This document shows positions 38,763 through 51,900 of a stretch of DNA of 64,000 nt, piece after piece. The position numbers and the translations under genes are program-made. The DNA is from Antechinus flavipes (taxonomy: Eukaryota), in assembly GCF_016432865.1 (NCBI RefSeq), contig NC_067403.1, forward strand, positions 104,408,001 to 104,472,000. The letters are read 5' to 3'. Positions within the stretch are counted from its first letter, which is position 1. Each line of letters starts with the position of its first letter. Under the pieces are notes generated by a model, which saw only the letters and a program-made list of their open reading frames with translations, was not told where the DNA came from and searched no databases.

Positions 38763-39369
38763 ATATATCTTAGATAATAGGGAAAACTTTAAAGGATAGC
38801 AAGAATGCATTTGTCATTGACTTTTTTACGGTATTGTTAATGCCTCTATGTTGTCTGAGACATCAAGCAGCTTTACAGCAAAATCCAAGGACCAAGGACT
38901 ACACAGACACATACCAAAGAAGAGTTGTCCCATGGCTCTCTTTAGGTCCTTACTAATATAATCATTTTTATTGCCATAGTATAAAAGCAATTTCAAGGAA
39001 CACCAACCTAGATTCCTGAGCTCTTCCAGCTCTCGTATATTATCTATAGGCAGCCATAGAATGGGAAAGGGGGTAATGCCCTTCTTAAAGTTCAGGGTAG
39101 CAGGTGTTGCTTATGTGTGCCCCTCCCATATTCCCACATCCCTCATTCTGTTCTTTTTCTCTGGCTTTGGCAACATCAATTACCATCAAGTGACTACCTG
39201 GATTGTTTCTGGGATCCTACACTTAGAATTAATTTCATTCAAAGGTGTACCTTTATACATCTGTCTAGGTGTGAACTGAAAAAAAAAATCAATGCAAACA
39301 AACTTCACTGCCTCCTTAGTCTCAGACCTCACAGTGACATTGAGATAATCCTAAATGCTCAAAGGTTCA

Positions 39370-39700
39370 TAAATAGTCATTGAACAAATAAAGACTTCCT
39401 ATGTGCCAGATATTGCATTAGGCACAAAAAAAGGAGAAAACTGCTCTTGCCCTCAAGGATCTCACATTCTGATCAGGGAGATTGTTGTCTCTGTCTCTGT
39501 TTTTCTTTCTCTGTTTCTGTTTCTTTCTCTCTTCCTACATACACACATGCACACACATGCTGACACACACACACATATATACATATACATGCATGTACAG
39601 ATACACATATTTATGTTTTTGTTTATTTATTTGTGTTTATTTATTAGAAAATAATCTAAAAAGACCCTTAAAAGACTATGTAGCTGTAATCCAAGCTCCA
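39370..39700 (-). mobile_element. L2 3' end with embedded (TC)/(CA) repeats
   Basis: cattgaacaaata...cctatgtgccagatattgcattaggcacaa...cttgccctcaaggatctcacattct, the antisense L2 tail. Confidence 0.7.
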
Positions 39701-42469
39701 GCAAGGACTATTGCCAAAAACTCGGTACCTACATGATAACAATCTTTTACCTACTTATGAAATATGAATTGATTCTCATCTCCATTGGTATCAAGGAACT
39801 CACAGACCTTTCCAACAAGCAAAGTAAAATACAAAAACAAAACTAAACAAAAACAAAAAAGAAATCCTTATGTGATGAAGAATAAATAGTTGTTTGTAGT
39901 TCCAGAGTGTTTTTCCAGTGACTAAACTGAATTCATAGGATGAAATACTCATTGGAAACATGTTTTAGAAGCTATGGTATTTTGTTATATCAGAGGAAAG
40001 CCTTCTGCCAAACCATTTGATTGTATTTAATTAAAATGGCAACTTTCCATTTTAACCTTGTCATTTGGAGGTATTATCTGATTGAATGGATAATCATGTT
40101 TAAAGATTATAGTGTATGGCTTTACCCATCTTTCCTATCTATCAGCCTTTTGGTGCCATATGTCAGTCTGCATCATGTCAGTCTTGATCATTTCAGCAAC
40201 ATTGGAAAAGAAAAGATGTCAAGTGTATGAAAAGAAAGATAGCAAACTCCCATAAGGTCAATATGGAGCAAATGATAAAACACTCATGATTAGGATAAAG
40301 GAAAACAAGAATGTCTAGCATATATTAGGGGAAGATAGTAAGTTGAACAAGTTCCTGAGATAGGGAAGGATGCTGTAACTGATGAAGGATGCGCTGCCAG
40401 TGAGTCTTATTTTTGAAAGCAAAGATCCTATAGTACTAATGCTGATTGTTTCAGATATGACATTTTTCCCTGGTTTCTTGACACTTTTAACCCAACTCTG
40501 TAAAATACTAAATATCATATATTTTGTATATTAACATTAGCTTTATTTTTTTTTTCAAGAATTCTTTGCCAATTTTGTGATAAGTCATTTACATAATTAG
40601 GCCATAATGGATGTGTTGTAAAACAGGATTTTGGCCCGAATAAATGCTTTAAAAAATTAAGATGGATTAGGTAATAAAAGAAAGAACCCTTCAAATTTGT
40701 TACTGGTGTATGGACTAATCCATAGTCATGTTTCTTAGTTATTGCACACAATTCTGACCTTATAGTAAAGACTCAAGGAGTCCTTAGTAATTTCTTATTA
40801 ATGGGACAAAAATCAAAATGAAATACGGGTGACAACTTGCATTTAAAAGTAAAAGCATTTTTATGTATTCACTATTGCTCTATTATCCTCAAAGCAAACT
40901 TGCATTTAAATTATAGAACTAAGTTCATACTATAGCTTATTTCTCCAACTCCTGTTTTGGGCTGACTACAAGTAGTTCATTATTGGCTTTCAGCTTTTAG
41001 TTGTTATTATTCCTTATTGTTTTACATTTTGGCAGAATCAGTCAAGAGACTATCATTCTAGCAGAAAGATGTGGCCAATCACTTTAAAAATAAATGAAAC
41101 TTAGTCTGTATCAGGAGAGAAGAAGGTTCATTAAAACTCATGTTGGAAACTCTCATCAGTCTATCTCTATCGTATTTGACAACGCCGGGGAGACTGTTAT
41201 ACATGGTACTTATTTTTAGAGTCCACCATACTTTAAACTGCCTCCAGTATGAAGAGAGCAGTTACATTTTCACATGGCACTTACGTTTAGTCAGAATGAG
41301 TTGTCTTATTTCTTCTGAGACTGTTCTGTGCCATCCTTCACTTCTGACAGATTACATCGGAAATAGGCTTTTGGAGAAAAGGAAAACATGTAGATAAAAT
41401 TTCTAGCTGCTTTGGGCCCTTAGACTTGCCTGCTTCTTTTATTAAGAATTTAATGACATTTATGAGCCAGACCTACCATATAGCATGCCTAGCTCAGGCT
41501 TTTAATCAGTTTCTTTGAAGCACCTAAAAGACCACTGTCATTTAATTTCTGAAATTTATTTTTTATGAGATTGACCTACTCACCTGTTATACTTTCTACA
41601 TGAATAGAGAGTTCTAAAGAATTAGTTAAATTTGGTAGTAACAAGCTTAAAAAGACAAGCATATCTTTCAAAGCAAATGGTGAGAAGATCACCCTCTTTA
41701 ATGAGATTGCTTTTGAATTTGTTTTAATAGCTGTAATGGGAGCCAGCCAAGCATAGGCCTAACTTGATAACATTGTTTTTTTCTTTTTTTTTTTTTCCTT
41801 TTCTTTCTTCTTCTTTTTAAAAATAGATCAGAACTACAATCCAATGCATTAATGACTTCATTAAAATGCTAAAAAATAATATCCATTGTAAACATTTAGC
41901 AGCAAATCTATCAGAATATTATACTTGAGCTATATGTATGCATTACTTAAAATTCAGATACTGAGAGAATCCAAGTTCAGATTAGATTTTATGCTGTTGT
42001 TAGCTTCTATGTAACATTTTTAATTCAGTTTTTAGAACTGATAGGATGGCCTTAGTCTTAATAGGCAAAAGTCATAGATAAACTGTTAGTCTTTCTTAGA
42101 GCACTAGTATCAGGAAAATTTACTGTATGCAAAAATGATTTCTAGACAAAGGTGTGCTTTCTTTTAAGAAAATCTAAATAGAGAAATCCAAATTTATTAA
42201 ACATTAACAAAAGAAATCTTTTAGAGGAAGCTACTCTAGATGTTCTTATTTCTTAGGAATCACTCTCACTTGTCAAAATCATTACACACACACACACACA
42301 CGCACACACACATATATGTGTTTTTCTATTTTTCTACTTACATGTTGCATTCTCTTAATTGAATGTAAGCTTTTTAAGGGCACACAATCTCATTTTGTTA
42401 TTTTTTTCTTTCCAATGTTTATCATAATGTCTTGCAAATTGGAAGATCTTAATAAATATTTATCACTAT

Positions 42470-43187
42470 GACAAATAGGATTTGTACCAGGAATACAGGG
42501 ATAGTTCAATATTAGGAAAACTATTAGCATAATTCAATATATCAATAACTAAATTAACAAAAATTATATCAATATTAAAAGCATCAGAAAATATCATATG
42601 TAATGGGATTAACTAGAACTATTCCCAGTAAGATCAGAGGTGAAACAAGGTTGCCCACTATCACCATTATTATTCAATATTGTATTAGAAATGTTAGTAA
42701 TAAGAGAAAAAAAAGAAATTAAAGGAATTAGAGTAGGTAATGAGGAAAGCAAATTATCACTCTTTGCATATGATATAATAGTATACTTAGAGAATCCTAA
42801 AGAATCAATCAAAAATCCACTAGAAACAATTCACATTTTTAGAAAATTTCATGATTTAGACATAAAGGGTGATATTAAAAGCAAATTAGAAGAACAAAAG
42901 GTAGTCTGTCTTTCAAATATGTGGAGAAGGAAGAATTTGTAGCCAAAGAAGGACCAGAATACATTATGGAATGCAAAATGGATAATTTTGATTATATTAG
43001 ATAAAAAAAATTGTACAAAGAAAATTGTCTATTCATATTCTTTGATCATTTATCAATTGGAGAATAGTTTGAATTCTTGTAAATTTTTAATCAATTCTCT
43101 TTAGAAATGAGGCAGAATCCTTGTATGTAAATTTTCCCCAGTTTATTGCTTCACAGCTAATCTTGTATGAATTGGTTTTCTTTGCAT
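42470..43187 (+). mobile_element. Rearranged L1 ORF2 fragment (RT region, internal deletions, inverted distal block)
   Basis: [16 protein letters not shown]...[15 protein letters not shown] (RT core with a decayed FADD motif). 43025-43187 is the next L1 segment in antisense orientation. Confidence 0.85.
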
Positions 43188-43529
43188 TCTTGAAGGATAT
43201 TATGTTTCAACTACTGGTGCAGAGTATATGCTAATTCATATTTGTTGAATTTAATTTTACTATTAAAGCCTGACTAGAGAAAGGCAGTATTAAGTATAAG
43301 AAACCCTTTATCATATTAAAAGTGGGAGATTATAGAAACTGGGTAAACAAATTAAGAAAAGATTGCTTAAGAAAAAAATACTTCTTAGGAATTTGTTTCA
43401 ATAGGTTTCTTGGTTATAGAGAAAGGTCATTTTTAGACTTTTGTTCTGTTTAATTTGAATGGGTAAGGTAGATAGCTAATTCAATATACATTTATTAAGG
43501 AAGGATGTGTAAGAAGAACACTTTTAAAG

Positions 43530-43960
43530 AACAAGTTTTTAATGATGCAAAGTGAAGTGAGCAATAGAACAGTATACACATTAACAGCTATATTGTATGA
43601 CTGTGATTGACTTAGCTAATTTCAGTAATACAATGATCCAAGAAAAGTCTGAAAGACTGATGATGAAAAATACAATCCACTTTCCTTGAAAGAACAAAAA
43701 GAGTCTGAATGCATATGGAAGCATGCTATTTTTCACTTTCTATAGTTTTCTCCCCCCCCCCACTTTGGATCTGTTTTTCCTTTTACAACATGACTAATAT
43801 GGAAATATTTTGTATGATTTTATACATGCATAACACATCAAATTTCTACCTGTATTTCAGAGAGGGGAAAAGGGACAGAGAATTTATATCACAAAATTTA
43901 AAAATTGTTAAAAATTGTTTTCACACATAATTGGAAAAATAAAATAGTATTCAAAAAAGC
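43530..43960 (+). mobile_element. Older L1 ORF2 end and 3' UTR
   Basis: tgatgcaaagtgaagtgagc...tacaatgatccaag...gagtctgaatgca..gaagcatgcta...ttggaaaaataaaat. Confidence 0.75.
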
Positions 43961-44789
43961 ATCTGAGGTTACAATAGTTTCTTGATGTGTACAAACTCTC
44001 AAATAGTACATAGGGATGATTTATATTGATGGTGATAATAATTTTAAGCTTGGTGCAGTAGGCAGAAGGAAATTTCTAATGAAGCCATATGTATAACATG
44101 TTCTTTTCACAGTTCTTAGGGGAAGTTTTTCTTGTCAGAAAGTTGTTCGGAATTTGATTTGTAAAATATGTTTAAGATTAGGCCTCCAGGCATCTGAAAG
44201 AGAAATTCATATTTAATGTATTAGTATCTATTTTCTGCAACTCTCTTTGTCTATGTTTACACTTTAATAGACAATAACAGGCAGAGCTAGGCAAATATCT
44301 TGGTTTCTTTTTTTAAAGTTTAGTTATTTGGACTTCTAAAAAGCAAATTCTCCAGAAACATGTATTGTATATATATATTCTTATAATTATATAAATCTGT
44401 AATCTCATCAGTAAAATCTTTCCAACCATATAATTAATTGCTTCCTTTTCATTGTATGTTATTTGTGTGTTCTTCTATAGAATTTGCTTGAGGTATTCAA
44501 TCAACATGTTGAATATTACTTCCTAGGTCTTTTATTCCATCAAGAATATTAATGGAATTGTAAGTAGTGTATCTACTTTCTTGACTTTTTAGCACATGAC
44601 CAGACCATTCCTCTCCTTTTCTGAGCACATGATTTCTTTTTTTTAATAATTTGTTTCAGTCAATCAACAAGCATTTATCATACACCTATCATGTGGCAGC
44701 TACTATACCAAACTCTGGGAATACTAAGAAAAAACAAAAATCTTGTCCCCAAGAAACTTATATCCTTTCATAGGAGATAACATGAAGAT

Positions 44790-45020
44790 ATATTATTGTT
44801 GTTGTTTTTCAGTCATTTCCCCATTTGGTATTTTCTTGGCAAGATTACCAAAATGATCTGCCATTTCCTTTACCAGCTCATTTTATAGATGAAAAAAATT
44901 GAGGCAAACTGAATTAAATGATTTGCCCACAGTCATAATGCTAATAAGTGTCTGAGGTCAAATCTTAACTGAAGAATATTAGTCTTTCTGACTTCATTTC
45001 TAGCACTCTATCCACCCATG
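44790..45020 (-). mobile_element. Mar1-like SINE
   Basis: ttgttgtttttcagtcatt...ttttcttggcaag...gccatttcctttaccagctcattttatagatg...gtgtctgaggtcaaat...gcactctatcca. Confidence 0.8.
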
Positions 45021-45079
45021 AACATCCATAGGAATATATAAAATAAATGTAAAATAATTCAGGGAAGAAGGAATTAGTA

Positions 45080-45320
45080 ATTTATTAAATTCTGACCATA
45101 TGTGAGCCACTCTACTAAGTGCTCTACAAAAATTATCTCATGTGATTAGCCCAACAAATCTGGGAGATAGATGTTATGATAATTTTGACTGAGGAAACTG
45201 AGGTAGAAAGAAATTAAATGGTTTATTAGGATCACAGAGTTAGTATGTGTCTAAAGCTGGATTTGAATTCAGGCCTTTCTAACTCCAGGTCTAGCATCCT
45301 AACTGTGCCATCTAGCCTCA
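45080..45320 (-). mobile_element. MIR-type CORE-SINE
   Basis: tatctcatgtgatt...gactgaggaaactgagg...ggatcacag...gctggatttgaattcagg..ttctaactccagg...tgtgccatctag. Confidence 0.8.
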
Positions 45321-45514
45321 ACTAAGTGTTGGAACTGGCCAGTCTAGAGTCAGAGATTACAGAAAAAATTTCATTTAGATGGTGGCACTTGGGCTAAATT
45401 GTAAAGGAAATTAGTCACTCTAAGAGGTGAAAGGGAGGAGAAAGCTTATTTCAGCTATAGAGAACAGCCACTTCTTGCCATAATTCATCACTGAAATTAT
45501 GCTATTGTCTGTTT

Positions 45515-45646
45515 NNNNNNNNNNNNNNNNNNNNNNNNNNNNNNNNNNNNNNNNNNNNNNNNNNNNNNNNNNNNNNNNNNNNNNNNNNNNNNNNNNNNNN
45601 NNNNNNNNNNNNNNNNNNNNNNNNNNNNNNNNNNNNNNNNNNNNNN
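45515..45646. other. Assembly gap (132 N)
   Basis: Run of N bases. Confidence 1.
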
Positions 45647-47149
45647 TAAAGATTGTGGCACTCTGAGGTTATCGACCCTTCAACCTTTACATTCAGGAAA
45701 TGGGCTTTTGTGTCCAGAGAAAGTTCAGAATTCATATAATTACTGATCATTGTCCAAAATTAAATTTAGTCTGATTAATTCTTTTTATTCAGTTCAAGGT
45801 TTAGCCACTTTTCATTTTCAATGCCTATTCTAAATATTATGCATTGATATAGTAACTCAATGAGTTGACCATATAATGGCTTCTTAGTATGGACAATTGG
45901 CATTTTTCTTTCAATTAGTTGTCTTTTTTTTCTTATATAGATTTTTAAGTTAATTGCTTTTAAGTAATAACATGCATAGTTAAGGAGATTTTGTAATGTT
46001 GCAGAGCACAGTATCATCTGCAAGTAAAACCTGAGCTCATTCTTGGTTTGAATGAGACATTATCCATGTTAGTGAAAAAAAATCTGCCTAGCATGAAAGT
46101 AATAACCAGAAAATTTTCAATAGTTACATTGAGGAATAATTCACAAATTATTGAGGAATATTTATTTATTGAGGAATAATAATTCTGAAATATTGAATGA
46201 GACATACATTAGAAGAGAGCCCTTAAAGCTGCATTCTGCACTACTGAACTTAATTTTTTTTCAATTTACAGAAGTAAATAAAGTATAATTGTTGTTATCT
46301 TTGCTTTTTTTTCCATTGTGTGCTTCTAAAGAGAAGCCTAAAGAGGCGATGTCAATAATTGTTTGCAAAATAAACAATTTTCTTGTCTTATTTCCTTAAG
46401 AATGGCATGAATTCTCATGCATGTTTTTTTAAATAATGTAGAAAAGTATTTATGTGGGTAGGTAGAAACTGGTGCTTCCTCCAATAATATTTTGCAAATA
46501 TAATTATCCTCTATGTCTTTTTATTCATCTCTTTGGTGTTTCTTCCTCCTTGAGGCATATTACAAAATGATCCCTCTATGCTTTCAAGTTACTGTCACCA
46601 TTAACATAGCTTTTCTGAGTTTTCATTTTTTTCAGTCACTATTTCCACCCCCATCACTTTAAACTGCATTCTTTTTCATATAGCACATAACTAAAATGCA
46701 CAAGTTAAAATGTGTTGGTTTTTTAGTCACCATCCTTTTGTTCATCTGTGATTTTAACTATGGAGTCCCTTTTGACTGATCAGTATCACTAACTGCTTGT
46801 CTAAGTTATTGTCAAATATTGTGAATTTTCTGCCATAATAACTCATATATTTTCTCTTCTTTCTGTTCATTTAGTCATTAAACTGGTTCAGGTCATATCA
46901 TCTTCCATCTATAGTTGAAGGGAGAGAACTGCTATGAGGGATAGCAATATTAAAGGTATGACTTCAATCTAACAATGATAATAACAATGACAAGCCATAT
47001 TGTGATAGTCTTTAAAAGCCAAAGGATATTTTATAATATAAGCAATAAGGATTCCCTAAGCAAGAAAGTGACAAGCTCAGATTTGTCTCAGATTTAGCTA
47101 TTACCAGTTTGGTAGCTATGAGGAGAATGTATTGGAGAGATAAGAGACC

Positions 47150-47845
47150 AAAACAATTAAAATGAGAACAAAACAAGTACAACAATTTGGAATTTGTTTC
47201 TTAAGCATTATTCTTCTTGACCTCTCTCCATTATATGAGATTGTGTCTCGGTTTCTCCTCTCATCTTCCTGTGTCTTCTGTTACTCTTCAGTTTCCTTTG
47301 CTGGAGCTTTATCTATTTCATGCCTATCAGTGGTTGATAATCTCAATGCTCTGTCCTGAATTCACTTTTCCAGTCCTTCTATACTGTCTCACTTGGTGAT
47401 TTTATCAGCTTCCAAGTATAAAATCATCATCTTTGTATAGGTGATAACCAGATCTATTTATCCATTCCTAGTCAATCTCCTGACCTAAAATCCTACATTA
47501 CCAATATCATCCTTTGACAAATTCAAACATAAGGCATCCAAAAATAGAACTTCCTATCTTTCCTGAAAACTTTTTTCTCTTCCAACTTTAATTTTGTCAA
47601 AGGTGTCACTCCCAGTTGCCAAATACTTCTCAGTTTTCCTGGGTTTCTTTGAGACTCAACTTAAGATACAACTTCTGAAGGAGCAATCTTTTCATCCCTC
47701 ATATACACCTGGTCATTTTTATACTTGTTTCTGCCTTTAATGTGAGCTCCTTGAAGCTTTTGCTACTTTTTTCTCCTCAATACTTATCAAAGTGCCTAAC
47801 ATGTAATAAGTAAAATGCTTATTGATTGACTGACTGATCTAATCT
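47150..47845 (+). mobile_element. L2 LINE 3' portion
   Basis: cttcagtttcctttgctgg...ggtgataaccagatctattt...gtgcctaacatgtaataag..tgcttattgattgactgactga terminus. Confidence 0.7.
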
Positions 47846-48834
47846 TAACACAATTTAAGACAGACTGTTGGTAATATGTAGTGTTTTATGCATTTCATAA
47901 ACTTAAATTTCTTGTATGCAGAAATGAATGTTAAAAATTGTATATAACACCAAAGTTGAAATGAGTACCTATCAGCATCTACCTTAATTTATTTTCAGCA
48001 AAATAAAATAATCCAAATAATAATGATCTAAAAGTAGCATAACATGTTGTATATTCCAATTTTAAGTATGCAATTATCTTAGATTATTGTCACAATTTTT
48101 AAAAAAATCTAAAGAAATAAGTTTAATGAATATTATTAAATTGAATGGATTGATAAAACTTGAAACTAAAAGTGAATAAGTGAAGTGGAACACGACTTTA
48201 CCCCCAAAATCAGTTGTGTTATCTAGACTGATTCCATGTTTCTCCCCTGCCCCAGATCACCCTCACTTTGGACAAACAGGAAAATGATTGAATTCATAAA
48301 TCATGAATCTTGGACTTTATAAGTATTTCAATGTATATTGCTTATGTGAAATTGATCTTAAATAGCAATTCTTTGGAGAAAACTTTGGTAAAAAAAGATG
48401 CACTATTTGGGATCTCAATTATGTTCATTGTAAAGTCTCTCTAGGCATCTGTGCTATCTTGTTTTCGATATGTATTTAAAGAACTTCAAATAGTTTCCTT
48501 GATATTCTTCCAAATAAAATGTATACTTTCTGCAGAATAAAACCCCCCATTGAGGACAGGAACTAATTTTTTTTGTCTTTTGTGTTTTATCTACACTAAT
48601 CATTCATGTGATAAACTTTTAAAAATAATTACTTATTGAATTACTCCCTAAAAAAAGATTATAAATGGATCTGATTAATGTACAATCAATATTCTAATGT
48701 TAAAACAAGTTAGAATCTTAAGAGATCACCTAGCTCAAGTGAAGAAATTTCACCCCAAACCTGTATTTAGCATCTTTGTGTGCCCAGCAATTTTCTAATA
48801 CAAAATTATTTTGTATGAGGCACACATTAGAGAA

Positions 48835-49000
48835 GATGTTGCTCTTGATCAGTCATTTGTGACTCCTATGGGCCATAGCACAGCAATAGTGAATCTGAGG
48901 TTTTCTTTGCAAAGATCTGAGAATGGTTTGCCAATTCCTTCCCCAGTAGATTGAGGCAAACAAAAATTAACTGATGTACTTAGGGTCACACAGCTAAGAC
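48835..49000 (-). mobile_element. Mar1-like SINE fragment
   Basis: ggttttctttgcaaagat..gaatggtttgccaattccttcccca...gaggcaaac...agggtcacacagcta. Confidence 0.75.
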
Positions 49001-49059
49001 ATTTGAAAAGAATTACTTTTTATCTCATTCTTTTTTATCTTAAAATTTTGACATCATCT

Positions 49060-49224
49060 ATACTGTAACCTATTCAACATATAAAGGACTGATTGCCATC
49101 TGGGGGAGGGGGTGGAGGGAGGGAGGGGGAAAATCAGAACAGAAGTGAATGCAAGGGATAATGTTGTAAAAAATTACCCTGGCATGAGTTCTATCAATAA
49201 AAAGTTATTTTAAAATGATAAAAA
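49060..49224 (+). mobile_element. Young L1, extreme 3' end only (165 bp) with TSD
   Basis: Perfect 18-bp TSD aaaattttgacatcatct at 49042-49059 and 49225-49242; matches 35790-35974. Confidence 0.95.
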
Positions 49225-50389
49225 AAAATTTTGACATCATCTTCCATTCTCTCCTTTTCTCCAATCTACTTTATAAAGGTAGCTTTTCTCCTTGCCAAGA
49301 TCACCCTTTTTGTAAAGACATATATTCTCCATCAAATTGCATCTTCAATTATCTTTCTTTCTCCAAACTTCAACCTTTCACCAACTACTAGTTCCAACAA
49401 TACCATCTTCAAATAGGACTTTCCTAGCTATCCTTTATAAAAACAAAAACTCGTTTTATTTTCACTACTTGCTTCTTCATCTACTGTCTAAAATTTCTTT
49501 CCTCCTTCTCTAGGCAATCTCCTTGTAAAGTATGCTCTACATCCATTTCCTTACTTCTTATTCACTTCTCAACCCTTTGAAATCTGAATTCTGAACTCTT
49601 AACTGAGTTGACCATTCCCATCATACCATCACTCTCTCCAAAAGTGGCCACTGATTTCTTAATTATCAAATATTATGGCCTTTTTTGCCCTTATCCTTCT
49701 TAATCAATCTTCTGTGTTTTATACTGTTGATCTTCTGGATAGGATCTCCTCTCTGACTTTTCATGGCATGACTCTCTCTTGGTTCTTCTCCTACTTGCTA
49801 CTTCTCATTAACTGTGTTTATCCCCCAGGATTCTGTCCTAGAGCATTTCCGTTTCTTCCTCTATATGTGCTTACTAGTGATTTTTATTCAGATGACTCAG
49901 AACCTGACAAGTTTTAATTCCATATTGCCGTTTCACTATTATTCATTTCAAATTAGATGGCCCAGAGACATGTAAATTTCAATATATCTAAAATTAAATT
50001 CATCTTTCCCTCAAACTTTCCCTACTTCTAAGCTTCTCTGTTTCTTTCAAATACATTATCATTCTCTGTTTCAGAGATTCTCCTGAATTTTCCTGGCCTC
50101 CTTATTATATTTCAACCCATATCTTTAATCAATTGCCAGAAATAACACCAACAATAAAAACTTGTCATTTCTATCTCCATAACCTCTTATATTTGACCTT
50201 CTCTTTCCCTTTATTTACATTCAACTTCAACTTTAGCTCAGACCTTCATCATCTCTTGCACAAAATATTGCAATAATCTCCTATTTATTTTCTTTGCTTT
50301 GAATTACCCACTACTCTATAATGTATCAGAAACATGGCTGCCAGCGAAAATTTCTCTTAAGTGCTGATCTGACAATGTGATTCTATTTT

Positions 50390-50560
50390 TATAGGGGGAA
50401 AGGAAAAAAAAAAGAAATTTGCACAGTAACTTCATTATATATTTAAAAGGAATAGCAAGTTACAAATATTTACAGTTTCATATGCAATCATCTTTTTTGT
50501 GCTATGTTATGGAAACGCTTGTCTCCTCTCCCCAAAAATAAATAAATGTGAAAAAATAGA
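50390..50560 (+). mobile_element. Old L1-type 3' tail nested in L2
   Basis: atttaaaaggaatagcaagttac...tttcatatgcaatcatcttttt is shared with 22500-22640. Confidence 0.55.
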
Positions 50561-50933
50561 AATATCAACTCCTCTGTTCCAATTACCTCTCAGCCTCAAA
50601 CCATCTTTGCAAATGCATTAAACTTTTTTTTTCCCCATACTTACTCTTCTATTCAACTACCCTAGCCTTTTTTCTTGTTCCTTATACAGTACACTGCATA
50701 TTTTGCCTTTATGATTTTATAGTGGCCAATCTCACATATCTGAGATAGATGTCCTTCTTACTTCCCTCTCATAGGAATTCTTAGCTCAACCACCATGAAG
50801 TTTTTTTTTTTGTTGTTGTTGTTGTTATTGTTCCCCCTTCCCCTTCAAATGTTAGTCATCCTTTCAAACTACTTTAAATTTTAAATGTATTGTATTTATT
50901 AACTAGTTTGTATTTATTTCCTTTATTGTTGTG

Positions 50934-50934
<1 letters not shown>

Positions 50935-50989
<55 letters not shown>

Positions 50990-51016
50990 GTGTATGTATA
51001 TATATATATATATATT
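50935..51016. repeat. Compound (CA)n(TA)n microsatellite
   Basis: CA run followed by TA/TG runs. Confidence 0.97.
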
Positions 51017-51510
51017 TACAAGTGTACTTATCTCTCCCTTCAATGTAAACTTCTGAGTAAAAATTCTTTTATTTTTTGTATTTATATTTCTAGGACCTAA
51101 TATAGTCTATAATACATAAGAAGTGCTTATAAGCATTTATAAATGCTTATTGATTGATAAATTCATTAGGATTGTAATTGCCATGCAGTATGCCAAAGAT
51201 TTCTTTTCTGATTCAAAAATTTGTTTGGCTCCTTTTCATAGCATAGCTTTCTAGGAGAGAGGGTTCAAACGTTATATGCCTCATGAGCCAGGAAATCTCA
51301 TTTATAGTTTCATGGGTCAGTAAGATCAAGGACTCATGAATCTTTATAGAAAGATTGTTATATTCCCCCCCATACACTTTCTCTCTCTGTCTCTCTGTGT
51401 CTCCCCCCGACCCTGCATACTATTTAAGACCAATAAGAATGTTTACAGCATGTATCAGCATCTGCCTTTATCTTCAATTATTTTAGTCCTTGGGTAACAC
51501 TGCTCTAAAA

Positions 51511-51900
51511 TAGTGATTCTCAAAGTGCAGTCCATGGATAATTTTCTATGATGTTCCTCTAGGACTTCCTCAATCTGGTAATAAATAACAGATTTATTTT
51601 TAATGAATTATAGAGATTTGAGAAATGAATATTGAAAGTGATGATCAAAATATTAGTGTATCTGTATACATCTTGTGAATCTTGAAATATTTTTTTTGAC
51701 CGAGGTAATTGGGGTTAAATGACTTGGCCAGGGTCACACAAGTAGGAAATGTTCAATGTCTGAGGTCAAATTTGAACTCAGGTCCTCCTGACTTCATGGC
51801 TGATGCTCTATTGTGCCACCTAGCTACCCCGAAAAATTAATTTTTATCATACTATCATTACTCTGCGTTTACTCTGTGCATGTTCACTTATGAATGTCCA
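51511..51900. mobile_element. hAT (MER5/Charlie-like) DNA transposon remnant, right end uncertain
   Basis: Starts tagtgattctcaaagtgcagtccatgga (compare CAGTGGTTCTCAAAGTG) immediately after the hAT-type target ctctaaaa (51503-51510). Confidence 0.45.
51690..51830 (-). mobile_element. Short CORE-SINE (WSINE1-like)
   Basis: Minus strand ggggtagctaggtggcac...ggacctgagttcaaatttgacctcagacattg...tgtgaccctggccaag...ccccaatta..poly-A. Confidence 0.9.

Larger units (their letters stand above)
49243..51160 (+). mobile_element. Long L2 LINE remnant with nested insertions
   Basis: Pyrimidine-rich L2 RT/3' region (ttctcaaccctttg...actctctccaaa...cttatccttctt...ttggttcttctcctact), ending aagtgcttata...tgcttattgattga. 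Confidence 0.7.

Noticed and set aside
38750-38790. Possible 19-nt minus-strand exon ending CAG|gtaaat
   Set aside because: The donor lies in the terminal part of a probable hAT remnant; there is no independent support.
40834-40910. 14-bp direct repeat aacttgcatttaaa flanking 49 bp (TSD-like)
   Set aside because: The spacer has no poly-A tail or recognisable element; chance or local slippage is more likely.
45502-45750. 82-aa ORF spanning the N run
   Set aside because: Artefact of translating through the assembly gap.
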